A DNA stretch of 63,380 nt, the filler included, from Saprolegnia diclina VS20 (lineage: Eukaryota): assembly GCF_000281045.1 (NCBI RefSeq). It is 8 parts of 4 records of this genome, joined end to end, with 100 filler letters (N's around TTAATTAATTAA, not from the genome) between each part and the next. Parts side by side here need not be neighbours in the genome. Positions count along the whole stretch, not along the records: positions 39,919 to 50,538 come from NW_008246199.1; positions 50,639 to 57,026 come from NW_008246199.1; positions 57,127 to 59,670 come from NW_008246201.1; positions 59,771 to 61,619 come from NW_008246201.1; 4 more parts are not named here. One strand, written 5' to 3'. The position numbers were made by a program, and so were the translations under genes. Below are positions 49,067-61,719 of the stretch, one piece after another. Position 1 is the first letter of the stretch; each line of letters starts with the position of its first letter. Under the pieces are notes generated by a model. It was not told the origin of the DNA, did not search any database, and saw only the letters and a list, made by a program, of their open reading frames with translations.

Positions 49067-50444
49067 TGCGTCCAGCGCGGACAGGGTCCGCTCCGACGCG
49101 CTTGCATCTGTCAGATCTTATCGTCATCGACAGTCCATGCATCGCCTCTCCGCTTGTGGTCAATCACTGGTCAATTTGACACGGGCCCTTAACCTTTCAT
49201 GGGTCAATAATGGCCCATTTCACAACGGCGAGCTTGCTCAGGGGGCAATGGGCGTAATGCCTTGATTACTGCCAGGACCTCGGGTGAGGGGAAGTGGGTT
49301 GCTCGGTAGGAGTCGAGATCTAGAATGCTAGCTCTGCGGCGGCTCGCAAGATACGCCCTTCATGAAAAAGGTCGTTTCGACTTCCTACGCGCGCAAAACA
49401 CCTCGGGTGGCGTCGAACGCGTGTACATATTGTCTCTAGAGACGCCTGGGCAACACAGCAGGAATGAAGTGTTGCCAAATAGCGATCTTTTACTCGGTAC
49501 TTGCCAACGTGGTGATTTTCCTGTCGGAGTGCAGAACAGTGTCCTATGTCAGTCGACACCAACTAGAGTACAATCCCGAGTGTTTATTCATGGCTCNNNN
49601 NNNNNNNNNNNNNNNNNNNNNNNNNNNNNNNNNNNNNNNNNNNNNNNNNNNNNNNNNNNNNNNNNNNNNNNNNNNNNNNNNNNNNNNNNNNNNNNNTGCG
49701 TCCAGCGCGGACAGGGTCCGCTCCGACGCGCTTGCATCTGTCAGATCTTATCGTCATCGACAGTCCATGCATCGTCGCTCAGCTTGTGGCCAATCACTGG
49801 TCAATTTGACACAGGCTCTAACTTTTCATGGGTCTATAATGACCCATGCACGCTCGTACCACGCGCCAGTAAACTTGCACTTGAAACAACGTGCTTGCAA
49901 CCGACCACCAAACTCGAGAAGTAGCTGCACGGTGTCAAAGGCGCTTGACGATGGTCCCGCTGGCAAGCGACGCCAAGCCTACGATGCTGTCACGAACAAC
50001 GCGTCTGTCCTTGGCACGAGCGCGCAAGGCTGTATTCCATTTCACAATGGCGAGCTTGCTCAGGGGCAATGGGCGTAATGCCTTGATTCCTGCCAGGACC
50101 TCGGGTGAGGTGAAGTGGGTTGCTTAGTTGGAGCCGAGATCCAGAATGCTAGCTCATCGACGGCTCGCAAGATACGTCCCTTCGTGAAAAGGTCGTTTCG
50201 ACTTCCTACGCGCGCAAAACACCCATTTCGTCAGCGACTGGAAGACGACGTGGCGATCTCGACCTCGGGTGGCGTCCAACGCGGCTTGTACATATTGTCT
50301 CTAGAGACGCCCGGGCAGCACAGCAGGAATGAAGTGTTGCCAAATAGCGAACTTTTACTCGGTACTTGCCAACGTGGTGATTTTCCTGTCGGAGTGCAGA
50401 ACAGTGTCCTATGTCAGTCGACACCAACTAGAGTACAATCCCGA
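49067..50444 (+). repeat. Imperfect tandem duplication (49067-49579 vs 49697-50444)
   Basis: Collinear high-identity blocks; the second copy has two extra internal segments. Confidence 0.88.
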
Positions 50445-52404
50445 ACCATTGCCGCAGCTTTGGACGGTCAAGTCGAGTTGATGGTCAACTGGTCTCCCGA
50501 GCTCGTGGAGGCATTTCGACAGCGCTTGAGCTGGCGTCNNNNNNNNNNNNNNNNNNNNNNNNNNNNNNNNNNNNNNNNNNNNTTAATTAATTAANNNNNN
50601 NNNNNNNNNNNNNNNNNNNNNNNNNNNNNNNNNNNNNNGCAAGCTAAATGGGCAAATGACAGACGTTGAGTTCTTACAGTTGCGCTTCTCGGCCCTACGA
50701 TTGTCCAACTTGTCTAGCCGTGGGAAAGGGTGGTGCGTCAACGGTCGATCTCCAGATCCAACCTCGGGATGATTTCCTTGCCAACTTGCCACGTTGACAC
50801 TGACCCCACGCTTTCATGACGTCGTATACGCTGAATCCTAAGCCTAGTACGACACACAACCTCGTGAAGCGATAGATAGATAGCCTAACGTTAGTAGGAA
50901 ATTCCTGTGCGCCGAAAGATGACGGGATATGTTTTCCGGGACGAGAAGCGCCACGTCATCCGGGTCCTGGTCGTGCTTCAATCACCACGTTGCGCAGTTT
51001 TTGTGGTAGACATGTCGAGTTGGTCATATTGCGTTTGTATTGCGTTTGGCCAGTCAGTTTTCTCGTAATAGTCGCTGCGCGAATGATGGCTGCAGAGATA
51101 GCTTCGGGCTATTGGTGCTGAATGTAGTGCATGCGCGAGTTGACGGGTAGCATCCGCAACCGAGGCGGAACCANNNNNNNNNNNNNNNNNNNNNNNNNNN
51201 NNNNNNNNNNNNNNNNNNNNNNNNNNNNNNNNNNNNNNNNNNNNNNNNNNNNNNNNNNNNNNNNNNNNNNNNNNNNNNNNNNNNNNNNNNNNNNNNNNNN
51301 NNNNNNNNNNNNNNNNNNNNNNNNNNNNNNNNNNNNNNNNNNNNNNNNNNNNNNNNNNNNNNNNNNNNNNNNNNNNNNNNNNNNNNNNNNNNNNNNNNNN
51401 NNNNNNNNNNNNNNNNNNNNNNNNNNNNNNNNNNNNNNNNNNNNNNNNNNNNNNNNNNNNNNNNNNNNNNNNNNNNNNNNNNNNNNNNNNNNNNNNNNNN
51501 NNNNNNNNNNNNNNNNNNNNNNNNNNNNNNNNNNNNNNNNNNNNNNNNNNNNNNNNNNNNNNNNNNNNNNNNNNNNNNNNNNNNNNNNNNNNNNNNNNNN
51601 NNNNNNNNNNNNNNNNNNNNNNNNNNNNNNNNNNNNNNNNNNNNNNNNNNNNNNNNNNNNNNNNNNNNNNNNNNNNNNNNNNNNNNNNNNNNNNNNNNNN
51701 NNNNNNNNNNNNNNNNNNNNNNNNNNNNNNNNNNNNNNNNNNNNNNNNNNNNNNNNNNNNNNNNNNNNNNNNNNNNNNNNNNNNNNNNNNNNNNNNNNNN
51801 NNNNNNNNNNNNNNNNNNNNNNNNNNNNNNNNNNNNNNNNNNNNNNNNNNNNNNNNNNNNNNNNNNNNNNNNNNNNNNNNNNNNNNNNNNNNNNNNNNNN
51901 NNNNNNNNNNNNNNNNNNNNNNNNNNNNNNNNNNNNNNNNNNNNNNNNNNNNNNNNNNNNNNNNNNNNNNNNNNNNNNNNNNNNNNNNNNNNNNNNNNNN
52001 NNNNNNNNNNNNNNNNNNNNNNNNNNNTGCGGCAGCGTCGACCGCGGCGGGCTGGGCCATCTCGGGCGGCGCGGCGGCTGGTGCTTCTTCGGGTGGCGCG
52101 CGAGCGGGTTCTTGGGCATCAGCAGCCACGAGTGCAGCGGCCTCTGCTTCGGGCGCCAGCGCGTCGGCATCGTCGGTCTCATCGTCGGCGTCGACGTCTT
52201 CCCCGGCGATGGATACGGCGTCAGAATCGTATCGGGATCGACCGCGTCGTCCCGGTAGACCGCCTCCGCCTCTGCCGGAGCAGGCGCTGCGGCCCCATCA
52301 GCTGCCGGAGCGGGCGCGGCTTGAGCGACGGTCACGTCGGCTGCTGGTACAGGTACTGCTTCTGCTGGGGTGGCGACCTCGTCGTCGTCGTCGAGCAGCG
52401 TCTC

Positions 52405-52527
52405 GTCCAGGTAGATTGTCACACACTTTGCGAGGTTCAGCGCCGCACCAGAGGCCTCGCAGAACTCGTCGACGATGCGCATTTGGGCCTCCGCAGCAGT
52501 CTCTGACGTTGACAAGAGCGTCGAGTC
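52405..52527 (-). pseudogene. Fragment of a non-LTR (L1-like) retrotransposon reverse transcriptase
   Basis: DSTLLS...AQMRIVDEFCEASGAALNLAKC matches the segment following the (Y/F)ADD motif in LINE RTs; the catalytic motif itself is missing; followed by an acidic Ala/Pro-rich stretch and a gap. Confidence 0.65.
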
Positions 52528-52970
52528 CCTGGGATGAGGACGCATAAAGGCAGCAGTCCGGCTGAGAATGAAACGAGCGGGCATCAGAGCACTGTGTAAA
52601 ACATTGATATTGATTCTTCAAAGATATCAATTTCTATCGCAGTAGTACCGTCCTGTAAAAAAGATAATGCTATTAGAATTAAACCACTTAAAAATATAAT
52701 ACTAGTACTTGAATATCCTTTGGTGAAGTATATCTTTTTTCAAAGGTATACCTTGCGAGCCATCCAGTCAAGCCCATCATTCGCCATTGGGAATTACGTG
52801 GATCACGCCATTTTCTGCATTTTGATATTGCCGCAAGGGTCCGCAAGAAGTTACGGACAATGGGCAACTGCTGGATCAGATGCCGCTGGCCGTGTCTGCC
52901 TTTGCCGAGGGCCATGTCATGTCCAGCTCCAGTGCTATACACAATGCGATCTCGTATGTCTTGGTCAATA

Positions 52971-54326
52971 ATGGAGGATCATACCGGCAGGCTCCGGCGG
53001 GCTGCGATCAACCACTGCGACCTGAACTTTGGCGAGCGCTTGGACCAAGGCTCGTACGGGACTTCGCAGGTCTTCAAAGGCGAGCTTCATGGAATGCCCA
53101 TCTTCATCAAGAAGGTTCGTTTTCTTGATGTGGACGTCAGGCATTGGGCGAAAGAGATTGTGCTCCTCTCAACGCTCTGGCACCCCAACATCGTCCTCTT
53201 TGTTGGCTTAAGTTTCGACATCGACGACAACTTGTACTAGCATCTCCCCAAGGCCGTTGTATCTCACGTCGACCTATACGTAGCTACCTCGTGACAGAAT
53301 ACGAGGAGCGCGGCGATCTCGGATCCATCCTACTAGACCAATCCATTGCGCTGAGCTGGACGGACCTGCTACTTCAGTTTGTTGTCGACATTTGCCGTGG
53401 CATGGCCTATTTGCACTCACACGAGCCAAAGTATATTCACGGCAATCTCAAGGCCGCCAATATCCTCATCAGGTACTAGTACCTCCATATTACTGACAAG
53501 CATCACATCAACAAATGTATCAGCGCCAATGGTCAAGTCGCCAAGCTTGCTGATTGTGGTCTAGCGCGTCTCTCGAAGCTATGCCATCGTCGTCGTCTGT
53601 ACGCGCCGTTTTGGGTGGCGCCCGAGATTCTCCGCGGCGACGAGTGTACGTCGATGACCGACGTGTACAGCTTTGGCATTGGTACGATAGATTTGTATTT
53701 TATGTTGTACAACGGCATCTCATTTTGTGCGTCATTTAGTGCTCGCCGAAATTGAAACACGCAAGCAGCCGTACCACGATCGCATCGTAAACCACTCGGC
53801 CCGCCTGGATTGGCCTGTACCCGATATTGTGGACAACACGCAGCGGCCAAAGCTCTCGGAGAACGCGCCGTCAAGCATTGCGAGCATCTACGAGCGCTGC
53901 GTGCTCAATGATCCAAATGGGCGCCCCAGCTTTGACCAGCTCTTGGTTGAGTTTGAATCGCTGCGCGAAACATTGGTCGCAGAGGTCCAAGACCTCGACA
54001 TCGGCAAGGATGCGCTCGTTACCGGTACTCGCACGAACGACGACTTTCGCGTGGGAGAAGAGGATGCCCATGAAGCAGCTTCAACGACGTTGCCCGACGA
54101 CGTTCGACAGAACGATTTTCAGCCAGCCGGCGTCCGGTCTGTGGCGAAGGTTTCCATGCGCAGCCCAGCGCTGGACCGATTGTACCATGCACTGCAGCGT
54201 CTTGAGCTGCACACTGCAAACGCACCGATCGCAGCGGCCCAGGAGCTTGACCTTGCCAAGGATGCACTCTCGGCGCGCTTGGACGGCGACTTTTGTGTGG
54301 AGCGCAAGATGCCAGCGTCTTATTAA
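52971..54326 (+). CDS. Tyrosine kinase-like (TKL) protein, probable pseudokinase, 3 introns; start uncertain (ATG 52860 also in frame)
   Basis: GSYG loop, HPNIVLFVG, LVTEY, GMAYLH, IHGNLKAANIL, KLADCGLAR, WVAPE, DVYSFG, RPSF. Confidence 0.88.
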
Positions 54327-57126
54327 TAACAAAATAGAACGCAACCCCACTGTACACAATAGCAAACCAGCTTGGAATCACAATATGACAATCCAGATTG
54401 GAATCCTATGTAAGCCGCGAGTCTATTAATAGCCAGGACTCCTTAGGCGCTGGTCTCCGAACGTCCACTTCAACTCGAGTTGCCTCAATTTTCTAAAATG
54501 TCATACGGATAAAATTTATCCGGCTTGTGGCATCACTGGAGGGGATTGGAGTTGATTCCGAATCAACTTCTGTTGCATCGACTGCAAGTTTTGGTTTTTA
54601 TCGCACAAAAGCGGCNNNNNNNNNNNNNNNNNNNNNNNNNNNNNNNNNNNNNNNNNNNNNNNNNNNNNNNNNNNNNNNNNNNNNNNNNNNNNNNNNNNNN
54701 NNNNNNNNNNNNNNNNNNNNNNNNNNNNNNNNNNNNNNNNNNNNNNNNNNNNNNNNNNNNNNNNNNNNNNNNNNNNNNNNNNNNNNNNNNNNNNNNNNNN
54801 NNNNNNNNNNNNNNNNNNNNNNNNNNNNNNNNNNNNNNNNNNNNNNNNNNNNNNNNNNNNNNNNNNNNNNNNNNNNNNNNNNNNNNNNNNNNNNNNNNNN
54901 NNNNNNNNNNNNNNNNNNNNNNNNNNNNNNNNNNNNNNNNNNNNNNNNNNNNNNNNNNNNNNNNNNNNNNNNNNNNNNNNNNNNNNNNNNNNNNNNNNNN
55001 NNNNNNNNNNNNNNNNNNNNNNNNNNNNNNNNNNNNNNNNNNNNNNNNNNNNNNNNNNNNNNNNNNNNNNNNNNNNNNNNNNNNNNNNNNNNNNNNNNNN
55101 NNNNNNNNNNNNNNNNNNNNNNNNNNNNNNNNNNNNNNNNNNNNNNNNNNNNNNNNNNNNNNNNNCATTCACAGTTCTCGAGTGAGTTGACTCGCAAATG
55201 TGCGTTCGCAAACCAGGCAAATTTGGGCCAACTACGGAGGCTACCGGATAAGTTTTATCCGTACTGTGTCTTGAGGCAACTCAAGTTGAAGTGGACGTTC
55301 GGAGACCAGCGCCTTAACGGGAAGTAGACAGATGTTCGAAGTAATAATACATATGTAATCGGATGAAAAATGGTGTCAATGGCAAAAAGGTTGTTGGGTT
55401 TGGAGAGGGATGGTTGCTGCGCGCTTGCTCTTGCTTCGGGGTGAGCCGGGTACATGTTGTGATTCGCAACATGTAGGTCGCGGAATGCGCGATTATTAAA
55501 GCTATTATTGATAAACTTGCTGATTGTGGCAACGTAAACGGCTATTTAGACGACAATGACCCCCTTGGCTCCCTACTGTATAAACAGTCGAGTGGCATGA
55601 TGTCTTCGTTTGGGCGATCGAAAATATAGACATTTGCGCGCATTTCCGCGATCGTGAAGCAAGTGGCGTCGGTCATGTAGCCTAGAGGCGTGGGCACATC
55701 GCGAGCTGTGGTCGCCGTTGGACGCGGATTTGTTGACAACAACTTGGCGTATGCGTACAGTAGCCCTGGTCGCGAGACATTTTGATATGGAAAAAGTACA
55801 TGGCCCCTTGTTGGTCCTTGGACATGCTAGCGCGCACTCGCTTTCAATTATACAGTGTTTACATGGTGTTTACACAGCTTTTCGAGCCTTAAATGATTGC
55901 TGAATGCACGCGATGAAGGCAGGCGGATTTCCGGTACACCCAGGATTGTCGATTGTAATCGACGACCAGCTTCAACAAATACTATACAGAACCTGCAAAT
56001 CTTGATGGATGTGGACCATGATGGTCGACGACAAAGCTTTGAGTTGGGCATTTCAATACTAGTACATGGTACGTCGCTATGTACTAGTTTCTTGTGCCCG
56101 GGGTGGCGAAACTGTTGTCATACCAACCGGCACCAACCCCTTGATATACTACATAACTTCACTAAGATTTCACGAGTACTAGTAGTAGCTGCGAAGGTGT
56201 ACATAACCATGCAAAACAATTGAAGAGCAGTGGATTAGAGCCGTGTTCGAGCATTAGCAAAAATCAGTGCGCTGTGGACTCGTAAACCTTCCGACTTGTC
56301 AACTGGATTGCGCCACGCTTGCCAGCATTCTCGCACTGGAAGCGTGCGTCAACCAAGATCGAGCATTCGTCCTCGAGGTAAAGCTCGTGCGGTGCGTACA
56401 TAGTAACCATTTTCGTTGCGCAAGGTAACAAAACCGATGCTCCTTCGTCATGAGCCCCCGTGCTTCCAGGAGCGATCGAACGTCGGCGAGCGGTGGATTC
56501 GATTCTTTAAATAGGCAAGCCCCTTGCCGTCGAGCTCAAAGAGGCGAAGCACCCCGCTGCTTATCGTACGCTTTTTGCAATTGACTGCACTGCTGTGGCA
56601 CCAGCACCCTCGACCAGAAAGTTATGGCTCGTGACTGTAGAATGTGTCGAAATGCATGAACCACTTTTTTGCGCGCTTATCTTTGCCTCCTATCCAACAA
56701 TAATCTAAAGCCCCTCGAACCCCTCCTTTCTCTAAGGCTCTCCTGCCGGTGCCAGATATGGTGGCATTGGCCAAGGACGCCGGCGACGATCCTGGTGGAC
56801 TGGTCTATTACCGGGGACCGCACTAAACGTACGCCGCTCTATCAAGGCGTCCATGCCAACCAATCCAAGCCATTCTCACGTAAGGCTTGACGGCGGTAGC
56901 TCTCCTCAATATTCGACGTACTAGTACTAGTAACTCTTTTCAAACCAACAAGGACCAACATTCTAGCCGTGGCGAACCGGTTTCACGTCGTCGTTTCATT
57001 GCCCCAACACCAGAGAACTCGGCAATNNNNNNNNNNNNNNNNNNNNNNNNNNNNNNNNNNNNNNNNNNNNTTAATTAATTAANNNNNNNNNNNNNNNNNN
57101 NNNNNNNNNNNNNNNNNNNNNNNNNN

Positions 57127-59670
57127 CGCCAGCTCATGTTGATGCGCGGGATCAGCGCCATCTTGATCTTAAGCACGGCGCAGCCAAAGCTGGTGACCCA
57201 ATTCGGCTACAGCCGTCTAGTCGACGAAGCGCGCTCCTTCTGGGCGACGGGATTGCTGGCGGGCGAGGCCACATGGCTTTCGTACAGTCTGCACGAGTAT
57301 CTCGTGATTGCGCTGCCAAAACCGTTTACGCGGCTGTACGGTCCGTGGACAAATGCGCTGGCGTGGCTCACGATTCTTGTGGTGAGTTTGGTGTCGCCCG
57401 TCGGCATTGCCATGAACCTGAGTCGAACGTGCGTCGGTAACGATATGGACTATGGCCTTCTTTGCACCGCCGGCGCCATCTCGATTGGCAGTCTCAACCG
57501 CCTCGTGCTTCTTTGCAGTCTCCAAGTCGGTATCGTTGTCGCTTCCATTGGGCTTGGCTGCGGCGTCCGCCGCCTGTGCGGCGCTGAGAAGGACGACGAT
57601 GACGAAGAGGAGGAAGAACAAGAGAGCTTGCTCGTGTCGGGGCTGGCCGAGGCCTTTATCACCGCCGACCCGCGCTGCGACGCCGGTCGTGTCTATGACC
57701 CTGTGACGTGCGTTCTCTGCGGGCTCCTCCCTCTCTCGTACAATGGCCATCGGTATATCTTTGACCTCAAGCTGTGGAGCTTGCTTCCGGATACGATCTC
57801 AACCCACGTGGCGCGGGCCGCCCCTGAGGCGTCCCTCGTCGCGACGCAGTCGCACATCACGAGCACCGCTTTCTCCGTGCCGTCGATGGACCTTATTCGC
57901 GTGGCCTCGGGCCGCCGCCGGCTTCGGACGCTATTGGCCGCGTTTGGCTTGCTCTACATGAGCGCTTCGATCACCGGCTCGGTCTTGTACTTCGAAGTGT
58001 GCAAAGTCAACTTGGACAACGACTTGTACTGGGCAACGTTCAACGTCACGGGCGCCCACACGTTTTTTGCGAATTGGCTCAACGAGCAGCTCATTTTGCG
58101 CGCCACAGCGCAGAACATTGTCCTCAACGATCCGAGCATCAACCTCCTCGGCTCCTATGCAACACCGACAGCGTTCGTCTCGACCGTCAACAACTATGGT
58201 GCCTGGCTTCAGCACAACGAACTCAGTGCGATCGAAGCCTCGATTGCGGGTCTTCGCGTCTCGGATGCGTGCAACGCGCCCTGGATCTTTACGCCGTACT
58301 GCTACCTCGACTGGAAGAAGCGATGGTCAATGGCCTACTCCAACCAGCGCCAACTGCGGTGTCAGAAGATGGAGGAAAATGCTGCCGTGTACCTCGAGTC
58401 GGTGCTGCGCAACATTGACTATGCAACCTTTGCGTATTGTTGGGGCAGTGCGTTTGAGACGGCGTTTGGTGCTGATCTGCGCCAGTCGTCCGACGGTCAA
58501 GCCTGGCTGCATTCAATGGCTACGGAGCGACTGCCGCTGCAAGATGAAATCGCGCTGTGGCGCCAGCAAAATCTATCAAACTTTCAAGTGCAGTGGCAAA
58601 ACTACAAGCGCATCGGCGCCATCAACAGTTACTCGATCGTCAACGCGTTTGGTGTCTCGTATCCTATGCAGCTCATGTCCCTCAACGGCAGCTACCGCTG
58701 GAGCAGTCAGACAACGTACAAGATGTACTGGTCGCTCGCCAACGATCTCACCGCGATTGCATCCAACACCAGTGGTATCAGTGGTCTCAGTCTTTTGCGA
58801 ACGAGTCCTCGGTTCGCCTTTGCCAACACGTCGCTGCAAGCCGTTCTCGCGAGAAACGCGACGTTGATGTCGCCGCTGGCCAGTGCGTTGGCACTGGTGG
58901 CTACCACCGTAGGTCCGTTCGGCGTCACTGATATGGTGTATGTGAGTGTTCCAGCCGCCGTCAGCAGCCTCGTTCGCGATATTCTTCAAATGGCCCGCCT
59001 CTCCATGGGAAAGTCGATTCTCGCCCAAGCTGCCTACAACCAGATCTCACCGTTAGGCACGTCGTACCCGATTCCGAAAAAGTGGCTCACGCCCAACTAC
59101 GCCTCGTATGGTGGCTCGCCGCTCTGCCAAGAATTTGTGTCGGGCAAGGTCGTCTCGGCGGGCTTGACGAGCGTTCTCTCATACGACCTCCCTTGTCTAC
59201 CAACGTCACCGATCCAAAGCAAAGTGATTCCGACGCGACAACACTATATTGTGTCGGCAATTCTCTCGGGTCTCACTGCATCACCGCCCAGTGACTACGG
59301 CACTATTTGCTCGTTTGACCCGGCGTATCTTGCCCTCTGCCTTGTCTACCTCAACCAAACCATGTACTTTCTTCAGACGTACATGCCCAACACCAACGCA
59401 TCATTTGGCTCTGTCGCGGCGTCGACCAACGCCCTTGTCCATAATCTCAACATTGAGTTGATGATTTTTGCCAAAGTCAACGCGTCGGCGCCGCTCGGGC
59501 TGCTGCACACCAATATTCTTGACCCAAGCGAAGTCGGCTTTGGCTTTTTTGCATGGACGTATCTGTACGACTGGGTCGTCGGGAATCGCGAAGTGATTTC
59601 GTTTCAAGGCGACAGTGGCACGCTCAATGTGTTAACCGACCTCCAACTTCCGCTCCTCCAACAAGTGCAG
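57127..59670 (+). CDS. Large membrane protein of unknown function, partial at both ends
   Basis: ~850-aa open frame with several hydrophobic helices and Cys-containing blocks (NDLYWATFN, YCYLDW..WSMA, NAAVYLESVLRN, QWQNYK, REVISFQGD) that I recall from an expanded oomycete family. Confidence 0.8.
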
Positions 59671-59770
59671 NNNNNNNNNNNNNNNNNNNNNNNNNNNNNN
59701 NNNNNNNNNNNNNNTTAATTAATTAANNNNNNNNNNNNNNNNNNNNNNNNNNNNNNNNNNNNNNNNNNNN

Positions 59771-60274
59771 AAGCGACTGACGATGCTCTGGCTCGCGCTG
59801 CACTCGCCGCAGTGGCAAGTCTACAAGAACTGCGTCAACCTCAGCGGCGCGGCGCCGGGTCCTGGCCCCAACCCCAGCCCCAGTCCGAGCCCCAACCCGA
59901 ACCCAAACCCAAGCCCCAGCCCATCATCGGGGTCGCCAACCATGTACCCGTCGCCCAACCCGTCGCCTCGTCCGTCGCCCAGCCCATCGGCGAACCCGAC
60001 TCCAAGCCCGTCCGTGAACCCGAACGATCCGATCCAAGGCTGGAAGCAATGCGGTGGCGCCGGCTACAGCGGCAACACCAAGTGCATCAACGGGTTCCAG
60101 TGCACGAGCCTCTCGTTGACATACTCGCAGTGCATGCCCAACTCAAGCAACAAGGGCCAAGTGCTTCGCTTCGGCCAGTGCGGTGGCGTGTACTACACGG
60201 GCAGCACCGAGTGCACGCCGGGTGACCATTGCGTCCCGAGCAACCCGTGGTTCTCGCAATGCCTCCCCAAGTAG
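59771..60274 (+). CDS. C-terminal part of an AA17-like LPMO with a Pro/Ser/Asn linker and two CBM1 modules
   Basis: WLALHSPQWQVYKNC resembles the AA17 C-terminal motif; PNPSPS linker; WKQCGGAGYSG..C...YSQC and FGQCGGVYYTG..C...WFSQC are CBM1 patterns. Confidence 0.72.
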   Translation, partial: KRLTMLWLALHSPQWQVYKNCVNLSGAAPGPGPNPSPSPSPNPNPNPSPSPSSGSPTMYPSPNPSPRPSPSPSANPTPSPSVNPNDPIQGWKQCGGAGYSGNTKCINGFQCTSLSLTYSQCMPNSSNKGQVLRFGQCGGVYYTGSTECTPGDHCVPSNPWFSQCLPK

Positions 60275-60436
60275 ACAATCACTGGCTCGTTGTTGTTGCT
60301 GTAGTCCGTTAAATCTATCTAACCGTGCCATCGATGCATTCCGCATGATTTTTTTTATCCTTTGCCGTTTCATCAAGTTACACTCATGCCATTCCCGAGT
60401 CGACTGCACTATTCGTGATCGATCGTAAGGACGAAA

Positions 60437-61612
60437 TCACAGACATTGCGAGTAGTAGGCGTTTACAAACGTGCAGATATAGCTTCCACTGCACAGCATG
60501 GGTCCCAAATACCCAATACCACCGCACTGACCCCGTCGCGACGCCGTCGGCACTGACGGGTTCGACGTCGAAGGTGCGGGGGTCGCAGTACGGGCTGCCG
60601 ATGGCTGGGGCGTCGATGGCGACGGAGTCTTTGTTGTCGGAGCCGGCGTCGAAGTTGGTGCCATCGTCGGCGACCCCGCGCTCTGACCGATCTTGGGAAA
60701 GCCATGCGCGACGAAGTAGCCCTGGTCCCAGAGGGACTTAAAGCCGTCTGCAAAGAACTGACCGGCGCCCGGACCGATCATCGCATCGCCCGACTGGCCG
60801 TAGCACTGCCCGTCCGACTCACCCGGCACTTTGATCCAGAGGTAGTAGTCGACGAGCGGGTTGCCCGTCTGCGCCGTCGGGGACGCGCCAATGCCACCCG
60901 ACCGCGCGTTGCACCACTCGTTCTGCGGTGACCCGTTAAAGTTGCGCGACGTGTCAATGATGCAGTGGAGGCCGCCGGTCTGCTTGGAGTACGACTCGCA
61001 GATCTGGTTCATCTCGGTGGTTGCATGATAACCAGACGTGTTGATGGCAATACCCGTGACCTTGCCGAGGCTCTTGAGAATCGCGACGGCCTTGTCTTGG
61101 ATGGCCCACGACGCGAGATCCGCGTAGATCTGCGCGTTGGCGTTGGCCGACAGAATCTGGACGGCTGCTTGGAGGTTGCCGAGATACCCGTTCTGCGTCG
61201 CGCAGTTGTTGTTGGCAAGGAGACCGACGGCGTCGGGCTCCAGAATGTAGATGACCTTGCGGTTGCCAACCTGGCTTGTGAGCTTTTGGAGCCACGCCTT
61301 GTAGAGGTCCCCGTTGTAGTTGGCACCACCGCCCGAGTAGCCGGCCGCGCAGTCCTTCCCGGGCAGACCGTAGACGACAATGACCGGTGTGTCCGTAGGA
61401 CAGGCCTCAAGGAGCGCACCAATGGCATCGCTGCCGCCACTGTCGGCGTACCACATAGCGACGGGGTATTTTTTGAGCTCGTTGATTGCTGGCGCAAACT
61501 GCGCATTGTTCTTGATAGCAAATTCGTACGAGTAGGGCGTGAGGCCGGCGCAGAGGGCCGCGGACCCGACGTGAACGAGGCACGAGATTATGAGCAAGAA
61601 GATGGCGGTCAT
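60437..61612 (-). CDS. Secreted glycoside hydrolase family 6 with Thr/Pro linker and C-terminal CBM1
   Basis: Signal peptide, YGLPGKDC, ILEPDA, IIDTSRN, WCN, WIKVPGESDG, GQCGGIGY..C...YYSQCL. Confidence 0.93.
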   Translation of the reverse strand: MTAIFLLIISCLVHVGSAALCAGLTPYSYEFAIKNNAQFAPAINELKKYPVAMWYADSGGSDAIGALLEACPTDTPVIVVYGLPGKDCAAGYSGGGANYNGDLYKAWLQKLTSQVGNRKVIYILEPDAVGLLANNNCATQNGYLGNLQAAVQILSANANAQIYADLASWAIQDKAVAILKSLGKVTGIAINTSGYHATTEMNQICESYSKQTGGLHCIIDTSRNFNGSPQNEWCNARSGGIGASPTAQTGNPLVDYYLWIKVPGESDGQCYGQSGDAMIGPGAGQFFADGFKSLWDQGYFVAHGFPKIGQSAGSPTMAPTSTPAPTTKTPSPSTPQPSAARTATPAPSTSNPSVPTASRRGQCGGIGYLGPMLCSGSYICTFVNAYYSQCL

Positions 61613-61719
61613 GGCAAAANNNNNNNNNNNNNNNNNNNNNNNNNNNNNNNNNNNNNNNNNNNNTTAATTAATTAANNNNNNNNNNNNNNNNNNNNNNNNN
61701 NNNNNNNNNNNNNNNNNNN

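Noticed and set aside
50978..55327. Long ORFs spanning N runs
   Set aside because: Artefacts of translating through gaps.
17171..61719. Recurring TTAATTAATTAA palindrome flanked by Ns
   Set aside because: Assembly linker with stops in six frames, not biological; it also makes clustering across these points unproven.
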